DNA of 64,000 nt from Flectonema sp. DT1601. Taxonomy: Eukaryota. Positions 32,251 to 44,419 of the stretch are shown one piece after another. Every line of letters starts with the position of its first letter. Position 1 is the first letter of the stretch. The notes beneath the pieces are model-generated. The model was not told the origin of the DNA and did not search any database. It worked only from the letters and a program-made list of their open reading frames with translations. Location: the NCBI GenBank assembly GCA_964019425.1, contig OZ025785.1:434001-498000 (forward strand), in the 5' to 3' direction. The translations under genes were made by a program, and so were the position numbers.

Positions 32251-34755
32251 ATGAGGGAACCGATTGTACCTCGACCTCCTCCTCAGCCTGAGGCGATTGA
32301 ATTAAAAAAAGACCGCGACAAGTGGCAGAGACGACTCAACTCTCTCGACAACACTATAACAAAAGTATCAGAACAACCAGTGGTAAGTCACGATGAAAAT
32401 AAAAATAAGAATAAAGGAATGGCTGTGAAGATGCGAGAAGAAGGACTTGAAATTATTAAAAAATGGAAACAAGCTCAGGAAAGTATTTATGTGATGTCAA
32501 CAAGTCTTGAGAATCACTTAAACGGTGAGTCAGTTTCGGTTAAAAAGAAACCTCTGAAGGTTAAAATATCATTGTCGAAAACACCAAATTGGCAAACTGT
32601 TTGTACGGCATTTGAAAAAGCTTCATCACTGCTGTCGTGGTTGAGGTGTAAACAGATATCAGTTTCGTCATCGAAATATCTCCGAGACTGTTATTGGGAT
32701 TCAGTTAACATGTCTAACATTGATTCATTCACAGAGCCTGGAATAGAAGAACCATACCCATGTGGGTTAACTAATCCAAAAAAAGCAGTATCAACACCGT
32801 TGATTCGAATCAACTTATCTGACTTATTCCCCGACAATGAACCAATAAAGAATCTAACATCAATGACAGCTGGTTATTCAGAGGGTCGATTCTTATATTG
32901 GTGTACCTCCGATGAGTTTAATTTATCTCATTCTCTGTGGGAGTTAGACAGAGATAGTTCTCATGTGGGTAACAGAAATTCGTTAATATATTCATGGATG
33001 ACTTATAATGGTCTTAACAAATCAGGAGTTGAGTTATCAACATGTGAGTATCCACCATGTATATTATTACTTGGTAAAGGTTGTGAATGTGGAATTGAAA
33101 TTATTGACTCTGCGAATAAACAACTCAACAGTTCTGAGTCAGATGAAAAACAAGAGTCTGGTGTCGCTCACGACAGTCAGGTTAAATCAACGTTTTCTGA
33201 CATTGTTTGTTGTGACGATCGAGTTGTCGGAATTGAAAATTTTATTGACGAAGGATGCACCAGTCAGGCCCTAGTGAGTATATCTGTCACAAATAATGAA
33301 TCAGTAGTCACAAGACGACTTCAAGCAGCTGGGAAATGTATCAGCTCACCCACTATCAGTCCTGATGGAAGTACAGTTGCATGGCTTAGTTGGGGATCAG
33401 ACAGGTCAATCACTGATGGATGTTTGTTATCAGAGGCGTACTTCAACGATAACAATTCTCTTAATCACGCGAAGGTAATTGACGGAAGTCCTACAGCGAG
33501 TGTTCTCTCACCGACTTACCTGTTGAATGGAAGCTTAGTGTACTTGTGCAATCAAGGATGTGATAATTTCAGCTTATACAAATCTGACAAGGGGTGTCCT
33601 GGTGTTAGTTTGGTGTGCATTGGTGAGGCTCGTCACAAACATGATTGGGGTAGTTCTCGTTACATTACTCCATTGAAGTACGATAGTTGGGATAAAATTG
33701 CACTGATTGGATCGAGAGGTCACCTCGACCTTCTATTTATATATGACATGAAGGACAATACACTTCTATCTGACGACATCCTCCCCCACCATGGGGTTAG
33801 TCGCCTTTGGGACATCAAGGCAATTGATGAGGGTCAGGTTGCCTTATTCTGTTCTGGGATGGCGCTGACTACGCAGCTTATTATTTACAATTTCACATGC
33901 AAGACGGTGAAGACTGTTGATTTTGGAACTCGTCCGAGAACATGTCTTGGGAGGGGAGGTCGGAAAAGCTGTTCGGATTTTGCAAGATTTCCGATATCGA
34001 GTTCTCCTATTCCTCTGGATGAGGACAACAGGGGATGGCTGTTCGTACCTCCAGGTGGTGAGGTGCCGGATATTTCATTGAATTGGTGTGCGGAGTGTCC
34101 ATTGTCGGAGAGAATTCCGCTTATCATCTGTCCTCACACTGGATGGGGAGATACATGGCAGTCAGATGTATGGGATTTATCAACACAGTACTTCACATCA
34201 AATGGTTATGCTGTTTGTCACATTACTGTTTCTGGTTGTATTGGATACGAAAGACAGTTGAGAGAAGAAGGTTTTAAAAAATGGATTCGCAGTGGAGCTG
34301 AAGACATCATCTCAGCTGTTCATAAGTGTAATAGAATGTGTCACATTGACATGCATCACGTATCAATTAGAGCTTCGTCGTTGGATTGTTTGATCGCTCT
34401 TCAATCCACAACACTACCAGGGAGCTTCACCAGATGTGTTATGTTATCTGGTTTTATCCCTCCTTCCTCTGCCATGACTCTCAGAAGTACACCCGAGTAC
34501 TCTATTTCATCATCACTTTTATCACTTGGTGATTCTTTTTTAAAACCAGAATCTCTTCGTGTTCCTGTATTATATTCACATTGTAAAGATGATTGTATCT
34601 CATCATTGGAAGATGTACAAAGATTTATATCACAAAGTGATCATCCATTATCTCAGTCAAATATCGTTGAAGGGAGTTGTCATCCACCACCTGCGAGGTC
34701 AATTTTAGATCGTGAGCTTAACTTTATCAATAATGTGATGTGGGATCCGTTGTAA
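32251..34755 (+). CDS. S9 (prolyl oligopeptidase / acylaminoacyl peptidase) family protein, probably inactive
   Basis: SPDGSTVAW beta-propeller, PLIICPHTG, QYFTSNGYAV, G.IGY, PVLYSH..DD...H. The nucleophile elbow reads IRASSLD. Confidence 0.75.
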   Translation: MREPIVPRPPPQPEAIELKKDRDKWQRRLNSLDNTITKVSEQPVVSHDENKNKNKGMAVKMREEGLEIIKKWKQAQESIYVMSTSLENHLNGESVSVKKKPLKVKISLSKTPNWQTVCTAFEKASSLLSWLRCKQISVSSSKYLRDCYWDSVNMSNIDSFTEPGIEEPYPCGLTNPKKAVSTPLIRINLSDLFPDNEPIKNLTSMTAGYSEGRFLYWCTSDEFNLSHSLWELDRDSSHVGNRNSLIYSWMTYNGLNKSGVELSTCEYPPCILLLGKGCECGIEIIDSANKQLNSSESDEKQESGVAHDSQVKSTFSDIVCCDDRVVGIENFIDEGCTSQALVSISVTNNESVVTRRLQAAGKCISSPTISPDGSTVAWLSWGSDRSITDGCLLSEAYFNDNNSLNHAKVIDGSPTASVLSPTYLLNGSLVYLCNQGCDNFSLYKSDKGCPGVSLVCIGEARHKHDWGSSRYITPLKYDSWDKIALIGSRGHLDLLFIYDMKDNTLLSDDILPHHGVSRLWDIKAIDEGQVALFCSGMALTTQLIIYNFTCKTVKTVDFGTRPRTCLGRGGRKSCSDFARFPISSSPIPLDEDNRGWLFVPPGGEVPDISLNWCAECPLSERIPLIICPHTGWGDTWQSDVWDLSTQYFTSNGYAVCHITVSGCIGYERQLREEGFKKWIRSGAEDIISAVHKCNRMCHIDMHHVSIRASSLDCLIALQSTTLPGSFTRCVMLSGFIPPSSAMTLRSTPEYSISSSLLSLGDSFLKPESLRVPVLYSHCKDDCISSLEDVQRFISQSDHPLSQSNIVEGSCHPPPARSILDRELNFINNVMWDPL

Positions 34756-35643
34756 AAAAAAAAAAGAAAATAGAAGTTTGTCTCTTTCATATCTGTTATG
34801 TTATCTACACTCGTCCTCATTGGTTCTCCACTAGGTGCGCACAGGTGACGTGCGAATTAATTTTTTTTCTTCTCCCTCATTCTCATTTCAACAAGTGAAA
34901 ATTTATTATAATTAAAAACTAAGTTCCCCCGGTTGATGATGATTTCCGTTTTTGGGATTCATCTTTGGATTGTTACTTGGTTTTGGTATTTCAGTTACAC
35001 ATTTATAAGAAAATAAAACACAAAAACCTTTATTCAACTGGTGCATTATATCTTCTAATAAATGACTCGCATCAATAAATCCAATGAGATTCCTTCTGTC
35101 TCTTACCTACCTGCTATCTGTGGAAACAACATTCAAGGGAACGTCTCGTATTATTTGAAGGTCTTTTTTCTTTTCTTAATTATCGTTGGGAAAAAGTTCT
35201 CGAATTGAAGTTACGTATCTTTTGAATTAATTCTTCATCACCAGAAACTACTGTTTTGTTCTTTTTATTTTATTTAAGTGTAAGTTGTAACGGATTGGAC
35301 TCTCAACCTGATAGTACGTGGTCCCTGAATTACCGGATTCGACAACGTCTTCTGGTCAATGAGACAACGAACTTTTTCTTTTATTAACAACTATTCAGTC
35401 GAATACTTTGATATTAGTTTTTGTATTAATACCTAAAGTTGTTATTGTTTTTACATTGTGAAAGTTTCACCCCTCCATGAAGTACACGCAATACAAGTAT
35501 TTAAATTAATTAATTCCGCAGTCATAGTGCGTAGCGATGATTGTTCTCTGGTGTCAGTTATCATGTGAATTACGTTCTTGAATTGAAGTTACGTATCCTT
35601 TGAATTAATTCTTCATCACCAGAAACTCATCCAGTTAAAAATA

Positions 35644-37440
35644 ATGACAACTATCGATTCCCTGTCCTCTGTTTTGAGGAGCCATCAGAGGTTCATGGCG
35701 AAGCTGCTGGTGGAAGTGGTGAGTCGGAAGGAGGAGTCGGGGGCGCTGATGGACAGCTTTTCAGAAGTTCTCAGGTCGTCGGAGGAGATCATGGATGGAA
35801 TGACGGATGCTGAGGCTGCGACTGAATTGACGACGTACAAGGAAGTACACCGGGTGGCGAGGGAGAAGGAGTCGGCGAAGTTGGTGGAAGGAAGCTCGCG
35901 ATTACTGGGAACCCTTTCCTTGCATCCTGACATGAAGTGTGACGATATCGGGTTTGTTAAAGCTGATCTCAAGGGGGAGGGGAAGTTGGAGTTGGTCGAA
36001 GATGACCTGAGGAATGTATTCTCGTCCACCTGCTTCCCTCGGATGCTGAACGAGGATGAGTATTTCAACACACTTCAAATTGGTTACTTGGGCATGGGTG
36101 AAACAGAGGAGGGTGTCCCAGCCCAACTCAGGAAGGAACTCTTCCTGCTGCTGGACTGGCCGAGACTCTCCCACTCGTCGAAGGAAGAAGTCAAATCCCA
36201 ATTTGACAACACCTCATGGGGTGCTGAGATCCTCCGTGAGCTGGAAGATTCGAACAACTGGGGTACTGTGAAAAGAACATACAAATGGCCTCGGTATGAA
36301 CGTGTTGTGACTGCGGAGGAGTTGAGAACTTCACATCTTCGTACTCGAATTGACATTTTGTTCGCACAAAATCCTGACATGTTGTGTGTCCTCGATGCCT
36401 CAGAATATATCAACCATAAAGGAACCCTTTCTAGTGATTGTGTTAAGATGCTTCCGTCTTGCATCCGCCGGTTGTCATTCACCAACTGCGGCCGTTGCAT
36501 CGCATTTGAAAAGCAGTTCCGAGAAAAGCAAGAGTTCCTGTCAGACAGTTGTGACTCGCTGACGTCAATCGATTTCACTGCTTTTCACAACGTGACGGCC
36601 ATCCCCAGCAAGTTCTTGTATAATTCAAAGTCCTTGACTAGCGTGGATTTGTCTTCCTTGAGTGAAGTTACGAGCATTGGCGATTACTTTATTTGTCACT
36701 GTGAGTCCCTCACCTCCATCGATGTTTCCAGTTTGAAGAAGCTGACTGAAATTGGACATGGATTCTTGCATAATTCAAAGTCTCTGACTAGCGTGGATTT
36801 GTCTTCCTTGAGTGAAGTTACGAGTGTTGGCGATCACTTTATTGGTGACTGTGATTCCCTCACCTCCATCGATGTTTCCGGTTTGAAGAAGCTGACTACA
36901 ATAGGAGGTGGATTCTTGCTATGCTCAAAGTCTCTGACTAGCGTGGATTTGTCTTCCTTGAGTGAAGTTACGAGTGTTGGCGATCACTTTATTAGTTACT
37001 GTGAGTCCCTCACCTCCATCGATGTTTCCGGTTTGAAGAAGCTGACTACAATAGGAGGTGGATTCTTGCGTAATTCAAAGTCTCTGACTAGCGTGGATTT
37101 GTCTTCCTTGAGTGAAGTTACGAGTGTTGGCAATAACTTTATTAGTGACTGTGAGTCCCTCACCTCCATCGATGTTTCCGGTTTGAAGAAGCTGACTGAA
37201 ATAGGACATGGATTCTTGCATAATTCAAAGTCTCTGACTAGCGTGGATTTGTCTTCCTTGAGTGAAGTTACGAGTATTGGCTATTACTTTATTAGTAACT
37301 GTGAGTCTCTTACCTCAATTGATGTTTCCGGGTTTCGGAAAGTGACTACAACAGGAGGTGATTTGTTATGGAATACAAAACTAACTAAGAAAGATGTCAA
37401 GGGATTGGAAGATTGTAGTTTTTCCGTGCGATTGCGTTGA
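35644..37440 (+). CDS. LRR protein paralog 2 (BspA-like, alternating 24-aa LRRs)
   Basis: Repeats SLTSVDLSSLSEVTSVG / CESLTSIDVSGLKKLT.IG. Confidence 0.9.
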   Translation: MTTIDSLSSVLRSHQRFMAKLLVEVVSRKEESGALMDSFSEVLRSSEEIMDGMTDAEAATELTTYKEVHRVAREKESAKLVEGSSRLLGTLSLHPDMKCDDIGFVKADLKGEGKLELVEDDLRNVFSSTCFPRMLNEDEYFNTLQIGYLGMGETEEGVPAQLRKELFLLLDWPRLSHSSKEEVKSQFDNTSWGAEILRELEDSNNWGTVKRTYKWPRYERVVTAEELRTSHLRTRIDILFAQNPDMLCVLDASEYINHKGTLSSDCVKMLPSCIRRLSFTNCGRCIAFEKQFREKQEFLSDSCDSLTSIDFTAFHNVTAIPSKFLYNSKSLTSVDLSSLSEVTSIGDYFICHCESLTSIDVSSLKKLTEIGHGFLHNSKSLTSVDLSSLSEVTSVGDHFIGDCDSLTSIDVSGLKKLTTIGGGFLLCSKSLTSVDLSSLSEVTSVGDHFISYCESLTSIDVSGLKKLTTIGGGFLRNSKSLTSVDLSSLSEVTSVGNNFISDCESLTSIDVSGLKKLTEIGHGFLHNSKSLTSVDLSSLSEVTSIGYYFISNCESLTSIDVSGFRKVTTTGGDLLWNTKLTKKDVKGLEDCSFSVRLR

Positions 37441-38712
37441 AGATATTTTGAGACATCAGAGATTAGGACACAAAATCCTGGAAATCCTCATTAACCTCGA
37501 TATTGATGAGATTATGCCCTCGGGTGATGTACACAAGGTGGATACTACTTTCCGATAACAGAAAAGTACAATGACACTGACATGCAAAACTTGTTCTTCA
37601 AAAATAGCACTAAAGAATCTACGCCAAAAAAGGTAGATGCAGGAGCGGATTCAGTTATATGAAACAATTAGAATTCACTTCTCACTCAAAACTACGCACA
37701 TTACAACACGTGAAACCCTGGAAAAAGTTCTAGATGAAGTATTGAAACAATATTTAAAACGTATACCATTTCTTATAATCTCACAAAGAACACCATATAC
37801 ACATTATATACTCTTCATTGGAGAGGAAATGGAATACAAAGGTTTTGATATTATCAAATCTACAGACAGTTGTGCTGAAATAGAAAACATTCGAATATCA
37901 TGCTGTGATGTACTCGTCTGAAGATATCCCTCCTGTTGATTTCGAGTCATTTATTCTTCCTGTTGAAACACATCAAAAGAGTTCAACTACCAACGTAACA
38001 TAACAAATGAACAGAATGACGATGTACAAATGGAAGATAATAATAATGTAAAAAAAATGACTCAAGACGACGATGTTGCAAGGCTACAATTTTTATTTAG
38101 TGTGCTATTTTCAAAAGTTTCAACCCCCTCCGTTGTGCCGTCTAACGAGAAACTATAAACACTTTGAGTAAGTATTGATTTACTAATCTAATTATATTAC
38201 TGATCTTCAGAATAGAATGGTCTGAGTTAACAATATGAGCTCACTCAAAATCAATTAACTCCCTCCACGCAAGAGTACGCCGCTAGCAGTGTACTACTAA
38301 CTAGTCCTGTAATACGAACTGTTTTGTTCTTTTTATTTTATTTAAGTGTAAGTTGTAACGGATTGGACTCTCAACCTGATAGTACGTGGTCCCTGAATTA
38401 CCAGATTCGACAACGTCTTCTGGTCAATGAGACAACGAACTTTTTCTTTTATTAACAACTATTCAGTCGAATACTTTGATATTAGTTTTTGTATTAATAC
38501 CTAAAGTTGTTATTGTTTTTACATTGTGAAAGTTTCACCCCTCCATGAAGTACACGCAATACAAGTATTTAAATTAATTAATTCCGCAGTCATAGTGAGT
38601 AGCGATGATTGTTCTCTGGTGTCAGTTATCATGTGAATTACGTTCTTGAATTGAAGTTACGTATCCTTTGAATTAATTCTTCATCACCAGAAACTCATCC
38701 AGTTTAAAAATA

Positions 38713-40338
38713 ATGGCAACTGTCGATTCCCTGTCCTCTGTTTTGAGGAGCCATCAGAGGTTCATGGCGAAGCTGCTGGTGGAAGTGGTGAGTCGGAAGG
38801 AGGAGTCGGGGGCGCTGATGGACAGCTTTTCAGAAGTTCTCAGATCGTCGGAGGAGATCATGGTTGGAATGACGGATGCTGAGGTTGCGACTGAATTGAC
38901 GACGTACAAGGAAGTACACCGGGTGGCGAGGGAGAAGGAGTCGGCGAAGTTGGTGGAAGGAAGCTCGCGATTACTGGGAACCCTTTCCTTGCATCCTGAC
39001 ATGAAGTGTGACGATATCGGGTTTGTTAAAGCTGATCTCAAGGGGGACGGGAAGTTGGAGCCGGTCGAAGATGACCTGAGGAATGTATTCTCGTCCACCT
39101 GCTTCCCTCGGATGCTGAACGAGGATGAGTATTTCGAGACAGTTCGAATTGGTTACTTGAGCCTGACTACTTCAGAGGATGGTGTCTCACCCCAACTCAG
39201 GAAGGAACTCTTCCTGCTGCTGGACTGGCCGAGACTCTCCTCCTCGGGGAAGGAAAAAGTAAAATCCGAATTTGACAACACCTCATGGGGTGCCGAGATC
39301 CTCCGTGAGCTGGAAGATTCGAACAACTGGGGTACTGTGAAAAGAACATACAAATGGCCTGAACGTGTTGTGACTGCGGAGGAGTTGAGAACTTCACATC
39401 TTCGTACTCGAATTGACAATTTGTTCACACAAAATCCCGACATGTTGTGTGTCTTCGATGCCTCAGAATATATCGACGATGAAGGCACCCTTTCTAGTGA
39501 TTGTGTTGAGATGCTTCCGTCTTGCATCCGTCGGTTGTCATTCACCAACTGCAGCCGTTGCACTGCATTTGAGCAAGAGTTCCTGTCAGACAGTTGTGAC
39601 TCGCTGACGTCAATCGATTTCACTTCTTTTCACAATGTGACGGCCATCCCCAGCAAGTTCTTGTATAACTCGAAGTCTCTGACTCACGTTAATTTATCCT
39701 GTCTGAGTAAAGTAACCAGCATTAGCGATAACTTTATTAATAACTGTGATTCCCTCACCTCCATCGATGTTTCCGGTTTGAAGAAGCTGACTACAATAGG
39801 AAGTGGATTCTTGCTATGCTCAAAGTCTCTGACTAGCGTGGATTTGTCTTCCTTGAGTGAAGTAACGAGTGTTGGCTATAACTTTATTAGAAACTGTGAG
39901 TCCCTCACCTCCATCGATGTTTCCAGTTTGAAGAAGCTGACTACAATAGGAAGTGGATTCTTGAATAATTCAAAGTCTCTGACTAGCGTGGATTTGTCTT
40001 CCTTGAGTGAAGTTACGAGTGTTGGCAATAACTTTATATGTAACTGTGAGTCCCTCACCTCCATCGATGTTTCCGGTTTGAAGAAGCTGACTGAAATAGG
40101 ATATACATTCTTATATAATTCAAAGTCTCTGACTAGCGTGGATTTGTCTTCCTTGAGTGAAGTTACGAGTGTTGGCAATTACTTTATGAGTAACTGTGAG
40201 TCTCTTACCTCAATTGATGTTTCCGGGTTTCGGAAGGTGACTACAACAGGAAGTAATTTGTTATTGAATACAAAACTAACTAAGAAAGATGTCAAGGGAT
40301 TGGAAGATTGTAGTTTTTCTGTGCCATTGAGAAGATAA
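38713..40338 (+). CDS. LRR protein paralog 3
   Basis: Same architecture with fewer repeats. Shares ~390 bp of upstream DNA and ~75 bp of downstream DNA with paralog 2. Confidence 0.9.
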   Translation: MATVDSLSSVLRSHQRFMAKLLVEVVSRKEESGALMDSFSEVLRSSEEIMVGMTDAEVATELTTYKEVHRVAREKESAKLVEGSSRLLGTLSLHPDMKCDDIGFVKADLKGDGKLEPVEDDLRNVFSSTCFPRMLNEDEYFETVRIGYLSLTTSEDGVSPQLRKELFLLLDWPRLSSSGKEKVKSEFDNTSWGAEILRELEDSNNWGTVKRTYKWPERVVTAEELRTSHLRTRIDNLFTQNPDMLCVFDASEYIDDEGTLSSDCVEMLPSCIRRLSFTNCSRCTAFEQEFLSDSCDSLTSIDFTSFHNVTAIPSKFLYNSKSLTHVNLSCLSKVTSISDNFINNCDSLTSIDVSGLKKLTTIGSGFLLCSKSLTSVDLSSLSEVTSVGYNFIRNCESLTSIDVSSLKKLTTIGSGFLNNSKSLTSVDLSSLSEVTSVGNNFICNCESLTSIDVSGLKKLTEIGYTFLYNSKSLTSVDLSSLSEVTSVGNYFMSNCESLTSIDVSGFRKVTTTGSNLLLNTKLTKKDVKGLEDCSFSVPLRR

Positions 40339-40454
40339 GACATCAGAGATTAGGACACAAAATCCTGGAAATCCTCATTAACCTCGATATTGATGAGATT
40401 ATGCCCTCGGGTGAAATATCGTTTATTTGGGGGGGGGGGGGGGGGGGGGGGGGG

Positions 40455-42432
40455 TAGGGGGGGGTACAAGCTGTCGATAAAGTACTTTTTCCGAATTTTG
40501 GTAAATATAACCTTCCCGGGGGCAAAAATTACCCAGGACCCCATCAGAACCCCCAAAAATGTGATTTCGGGGCTGAAAAAACCTCGATTTGGCTGATTTC
40601 GGCAAAGGAATGAAAAATCTCAAAAAGTGTGGACCGTGTGGTACCTGGGGGTCCAATTTTGAGGCCTGTGAAATGCACCTTCAAATAATTTTTTTTTACA
40701 ATGAGAAGAGGTGAGTCTTGGTGTGCCCCTGTGCACGCAGTGTGCTAATATACCATTTCCGTATCAGTTTCCACCTCAAGAACACGCCACGAAAGAGAGC
40801 ATCGCTCTCGCCCGGCCATGCTTGAGGTCACGAGGCTCACGGGCAGGATAACGCAGCTGAAAACGATGTTCTGCAGGGCAGCTCACAAAGTCATTCTGCG
40901 GAGGAGAGCATTGATCCCAGAGTGCATGAAAACACCTCCCGAGACATCCCTGAAGTCACTCAACAGCACTTGGACAGTCAGAAGTAAGATACGCGTGAGA
41001 AAGGGGTTCAAAAAACGTCCAGTATCTGCATCGTGATCACAGAAGGCTCAGAGAATAGAGAAAGCGTCACGTCTGTACCCCAAACAGGGATAAGCCTGAA
41101 GACAGCTGTAGTGGTAGTGCCTCAAATAGCAGTGCCATAGATAAGCAGCAGCGACATAGGGCAACATGCCCCATCCAAAAAGCCGTTCAAGGCATCACTT
41201 CAGAAGACCCAACCATACTCACCAGCGGGGCATACAAGACACTCTAGTACATGCAGCATTCGAAGAAGTACGGAAGAGACATCCGCTTGCAACTGTACCC
41301 AAGCGAGGGGGATTTACTCCTAGAGTCTTGGAGTCGTAACTACACTGCAGATATTGCGGCAACAAGGGATCGGCGCAGAGAGATCCAACAAAGCCCTGAG
41401 TGAGTGACATAGTTGACGTCGCCGGTGCACAGACAGAAGGGAAGCGGGTCGAAGTCCCCGACTATATCTCGAAGGACAGTCCGACTTGTTGATGAATTCA
41501 CAGGTGATCTGTCAGTGACCTGACTTCTTGAAGCAGCAGCTTCCTTCTCACCCTCCATCACATCGCTGCAACATGATACTTCCTCTAGTGCCCGTCATGC
41601 TCGTGGGCTGAAGCTAACAACCGTGGCGTTCGTTGTCCGCACCCCTCAAGGGATGGGGAGGTTATTCAGTGTGTTGTTGTTGATAGTTCTTAGTCAACTA
41701 ACGGAACCATTGGAGTGAGGGCTGCCCTACTGATAACGTACAACATATTCCAGAGGCACACGGACTTCCAAAGGCTACCACATCAACGCAGGACCACCAA
41801 CCCTCTTCAGATTGGCAAGAACAAGCACAACAGGAAGCGCTACAGGGGCTGAAAGTACCACTCCGTCCTCACAGGGAAGACCTCTAGACAGCAAGGCCTA
41901 ATGCTAATCTGCCATCCGCATCCAAGGATTGGTCCTCTGTCTATCTTGTACAGAAAGAAGCACAGCTTCGAGCCGAATTTCGAAAGCTGAGCACATGGGA
42001 TGTTCAAGAGAAGGCCAGTAGCCTAAGCATCGAAGATGGGGAATTAACAAGCCCGGTCTGGTGGAGCATATTATTAAGGTTCAGGATGGGTCGATAAAAT
42101 CATAAATTGGGTTCCCATTTCATCCCCCACACAACTCGGAGGGAAACCCTGGTTATGGATTGCTCAATGCACGGAATTACTTGTAATTTTTGTGAGCCCT
42201 CCTAACACACCCCTTGTTTTCACCCCCCTCAGGTACCACACGGTCCACACTTTTTGAGATTTTTCAAAGACTTGTTCTAAAGTGCCGAAGAACTGTTTCT
42301 TTGGATCGCAATCCCCATTTTTGGGGTATATGTTGTACTTTTCATAATTTGGGTGCCCAAAAAACTTGTTCTCCGGGAAAAAACCGAAAGTGCCCAAAAT
42401 CTCCGTAAAATCGATGCTTGTACCCCCCCCTA
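40455..42432. mobile_element. ~1.98-kb non-autonomous TIR element, copy 1
   Basis: Ends TAGGGGGGGGTACAAGC...GCTTGTACCCCCCCCTA, subterminal 37-bp IR (40611-40647 / ~42230-42266), flanked by G26 and G11. Confidence 0.85.
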
Positions 42433-42443
42433 GGGGGGGGGGG

Positions 42444-44419
42444 TAGGGGGGGGTACAAGCTGTCGATAAAGTACTTTTTCCGAATTTTGGTAAATATAAC
42501 CTTCCCGAGGGCAAAAAATACCCAGGACCCCATCAGAACCCCCAAAAATGTGATTTCGGGGCCGAAAAAACCTCGATTTGGCTGATTTCGGCAAAGGAAT
42601 GAAAAATCTCAAAAAGTGTGGACCGTGTGGTACCTGGGGGTCCAATTTTGAGGCCTGTGAAATGCACCTTCAAATAATTTTTTTTTACAATGAGAAGAGG
42701 TGAGTCTTGGTGTGCCCCTGTATGCGCAGTTTGCTAATATACCATTTCCGTATCAGTTTCCACCTCAAGAACGCGCCACGAAAAAGAACAGCGCTCTCGC
42801 TCGGCCATGCTTGAGGCCACGAGGCTCACGGGCAGGATAACGCAGCGGAAAACGACGTTCTGCAGGGCAGCTCACAAAGTCATTCTGCGGAGGAGAGCAT
42901 TGATCCCAGGGTGCATGAAAACACCTCCCGAGACATCCCTGAAGTCACTCAACAGCACTTGGACAGTCAGAAGCAAGATACGCGTGAGAAAGGGGTCCAA
43001 AAACGTCCAGTATCTGAATCGTGGTCACAGAAGGCTCACAGAATAGACAAAGCGCCACGTCTGTACCCCAAACAGGGATAAGCCTGAAGACAGCTGTAGT
43101 GGTAGTGCCTCAAATAGTAGTGCCATAGATAAGCAGCAGCGACATAGGCCAACATGCCCCATCCAAAAAGCCGTTCAAGGCATCACTTAAGACCCAACCA
43201 TACTCACCAGCAGGGCATGCAAGACACTCCAGTACATGCGGCATACGAAGAAGTACGAAAGACACACCCGCTTGCAACTGTACCCGAACGAGGGGGATAT
43301 ACTCCTGGAGTCTTGGAGTCGTAACAACACTGCAGATATTGCGGCAAGAAGGGATCGGCGCAGAGACATCCAACTAAGTCCTGAGTGGGGGACATAGTTG
43401 AAGCTATCGTGGGTGCGCAGACAGAAGGGAAGCGGGTCGAAGTCACCAATTATATCTCGAAGGACAGTCCGACTTGTTGATGGATTCACAGGTGATCTGT
43501 CAGTGACCTGACTTCTTGAAGCAGCAGCTTCCTCCTCACCCTCCGTCACATCGCTGCAGCATGATACTTCCTCTAGTCCCCGTCGTGCTCGTGGGATGAA
43601 GCTAACAACCGTTGTGTTCGTTGTCATCCTGCACCCCTCAAGGGATGGGGAGGTTATTCAGTGTTGTTGATAGTTCTTGGTCAACTGATGGAACCAGTGG
43701 CGTGAATGCTGCCCTGCTGATAACGTACAACATATTCCAGAGGCACACGGGCTTCCAATGGCTACCACATCAACGCAGGACCACCGACCCTCTTCAGATT
43801 GGCAAGAACAAGCACAACAGGAGGCGCCACAGGGGCTGAACGTACCACTCCGTCCTCACGGGGAAGACCTCTAGACAGCAAGGCCTAATGCTAATCTGCC
43901 ATCCGCATCCAAGGATTGGTCCTCTGTCTATCTTGTACAGAAAGAAGCACAGCTTTGGGCCGAATTTCGAAACCTGAGCACATGGGATGTTCAAGAGAAG
44001 GCCAGTAGCCTAAACATCGGACAAGGGGGAATTAACACGCCGGGTCTCGTGTAGCATATAATTAAGGTTCAAATCAGGTCGATAAAAATAAAAATTGAGT
44101 TCCCATTTCATTCCCCACTCAACTCAGAGGGAAACCCTGGTTATGGATTGCTCAATGCACGGAATTACTCGTAATTCTTGTGAGCCCTCCTAACACACCC
44201 CTTGTTTTCACCCCCCTCAGGTACCACACGGTCCACACTTTTTGAGATTTTTCAAAGACTTGCTCTAAAGTGCCGAAGAACTGTTTCTTTGGATCGCGAT
44301 CCCCATTTTTGGGGTATATGTTGCAGTTTTCATAATTTGGGTGCCCAAAAAACTTGTTCTCCGGAAAAAACCGAAAGTGCCCGAAATCTCCGTAAAATCG
44401 ATGCTTGTACCCCCCTCTA
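42444..44419. mobile_element. ~1.98-kb non-autonomous TIR element, copy 2 (head-to-tail, diverged from copy 1)
   Basis: Colinear with copy 1 with many substitutions and small indels, same TIRs, flanked by G11 and G16. Confidence 0.85.

Noticed and set aside
40800..44000. Short ORFs inside the 2-kb TIR elements as a transposase
   Set aside because: No DDE motifs recognised, and the ORF boundaries differ between the copies.
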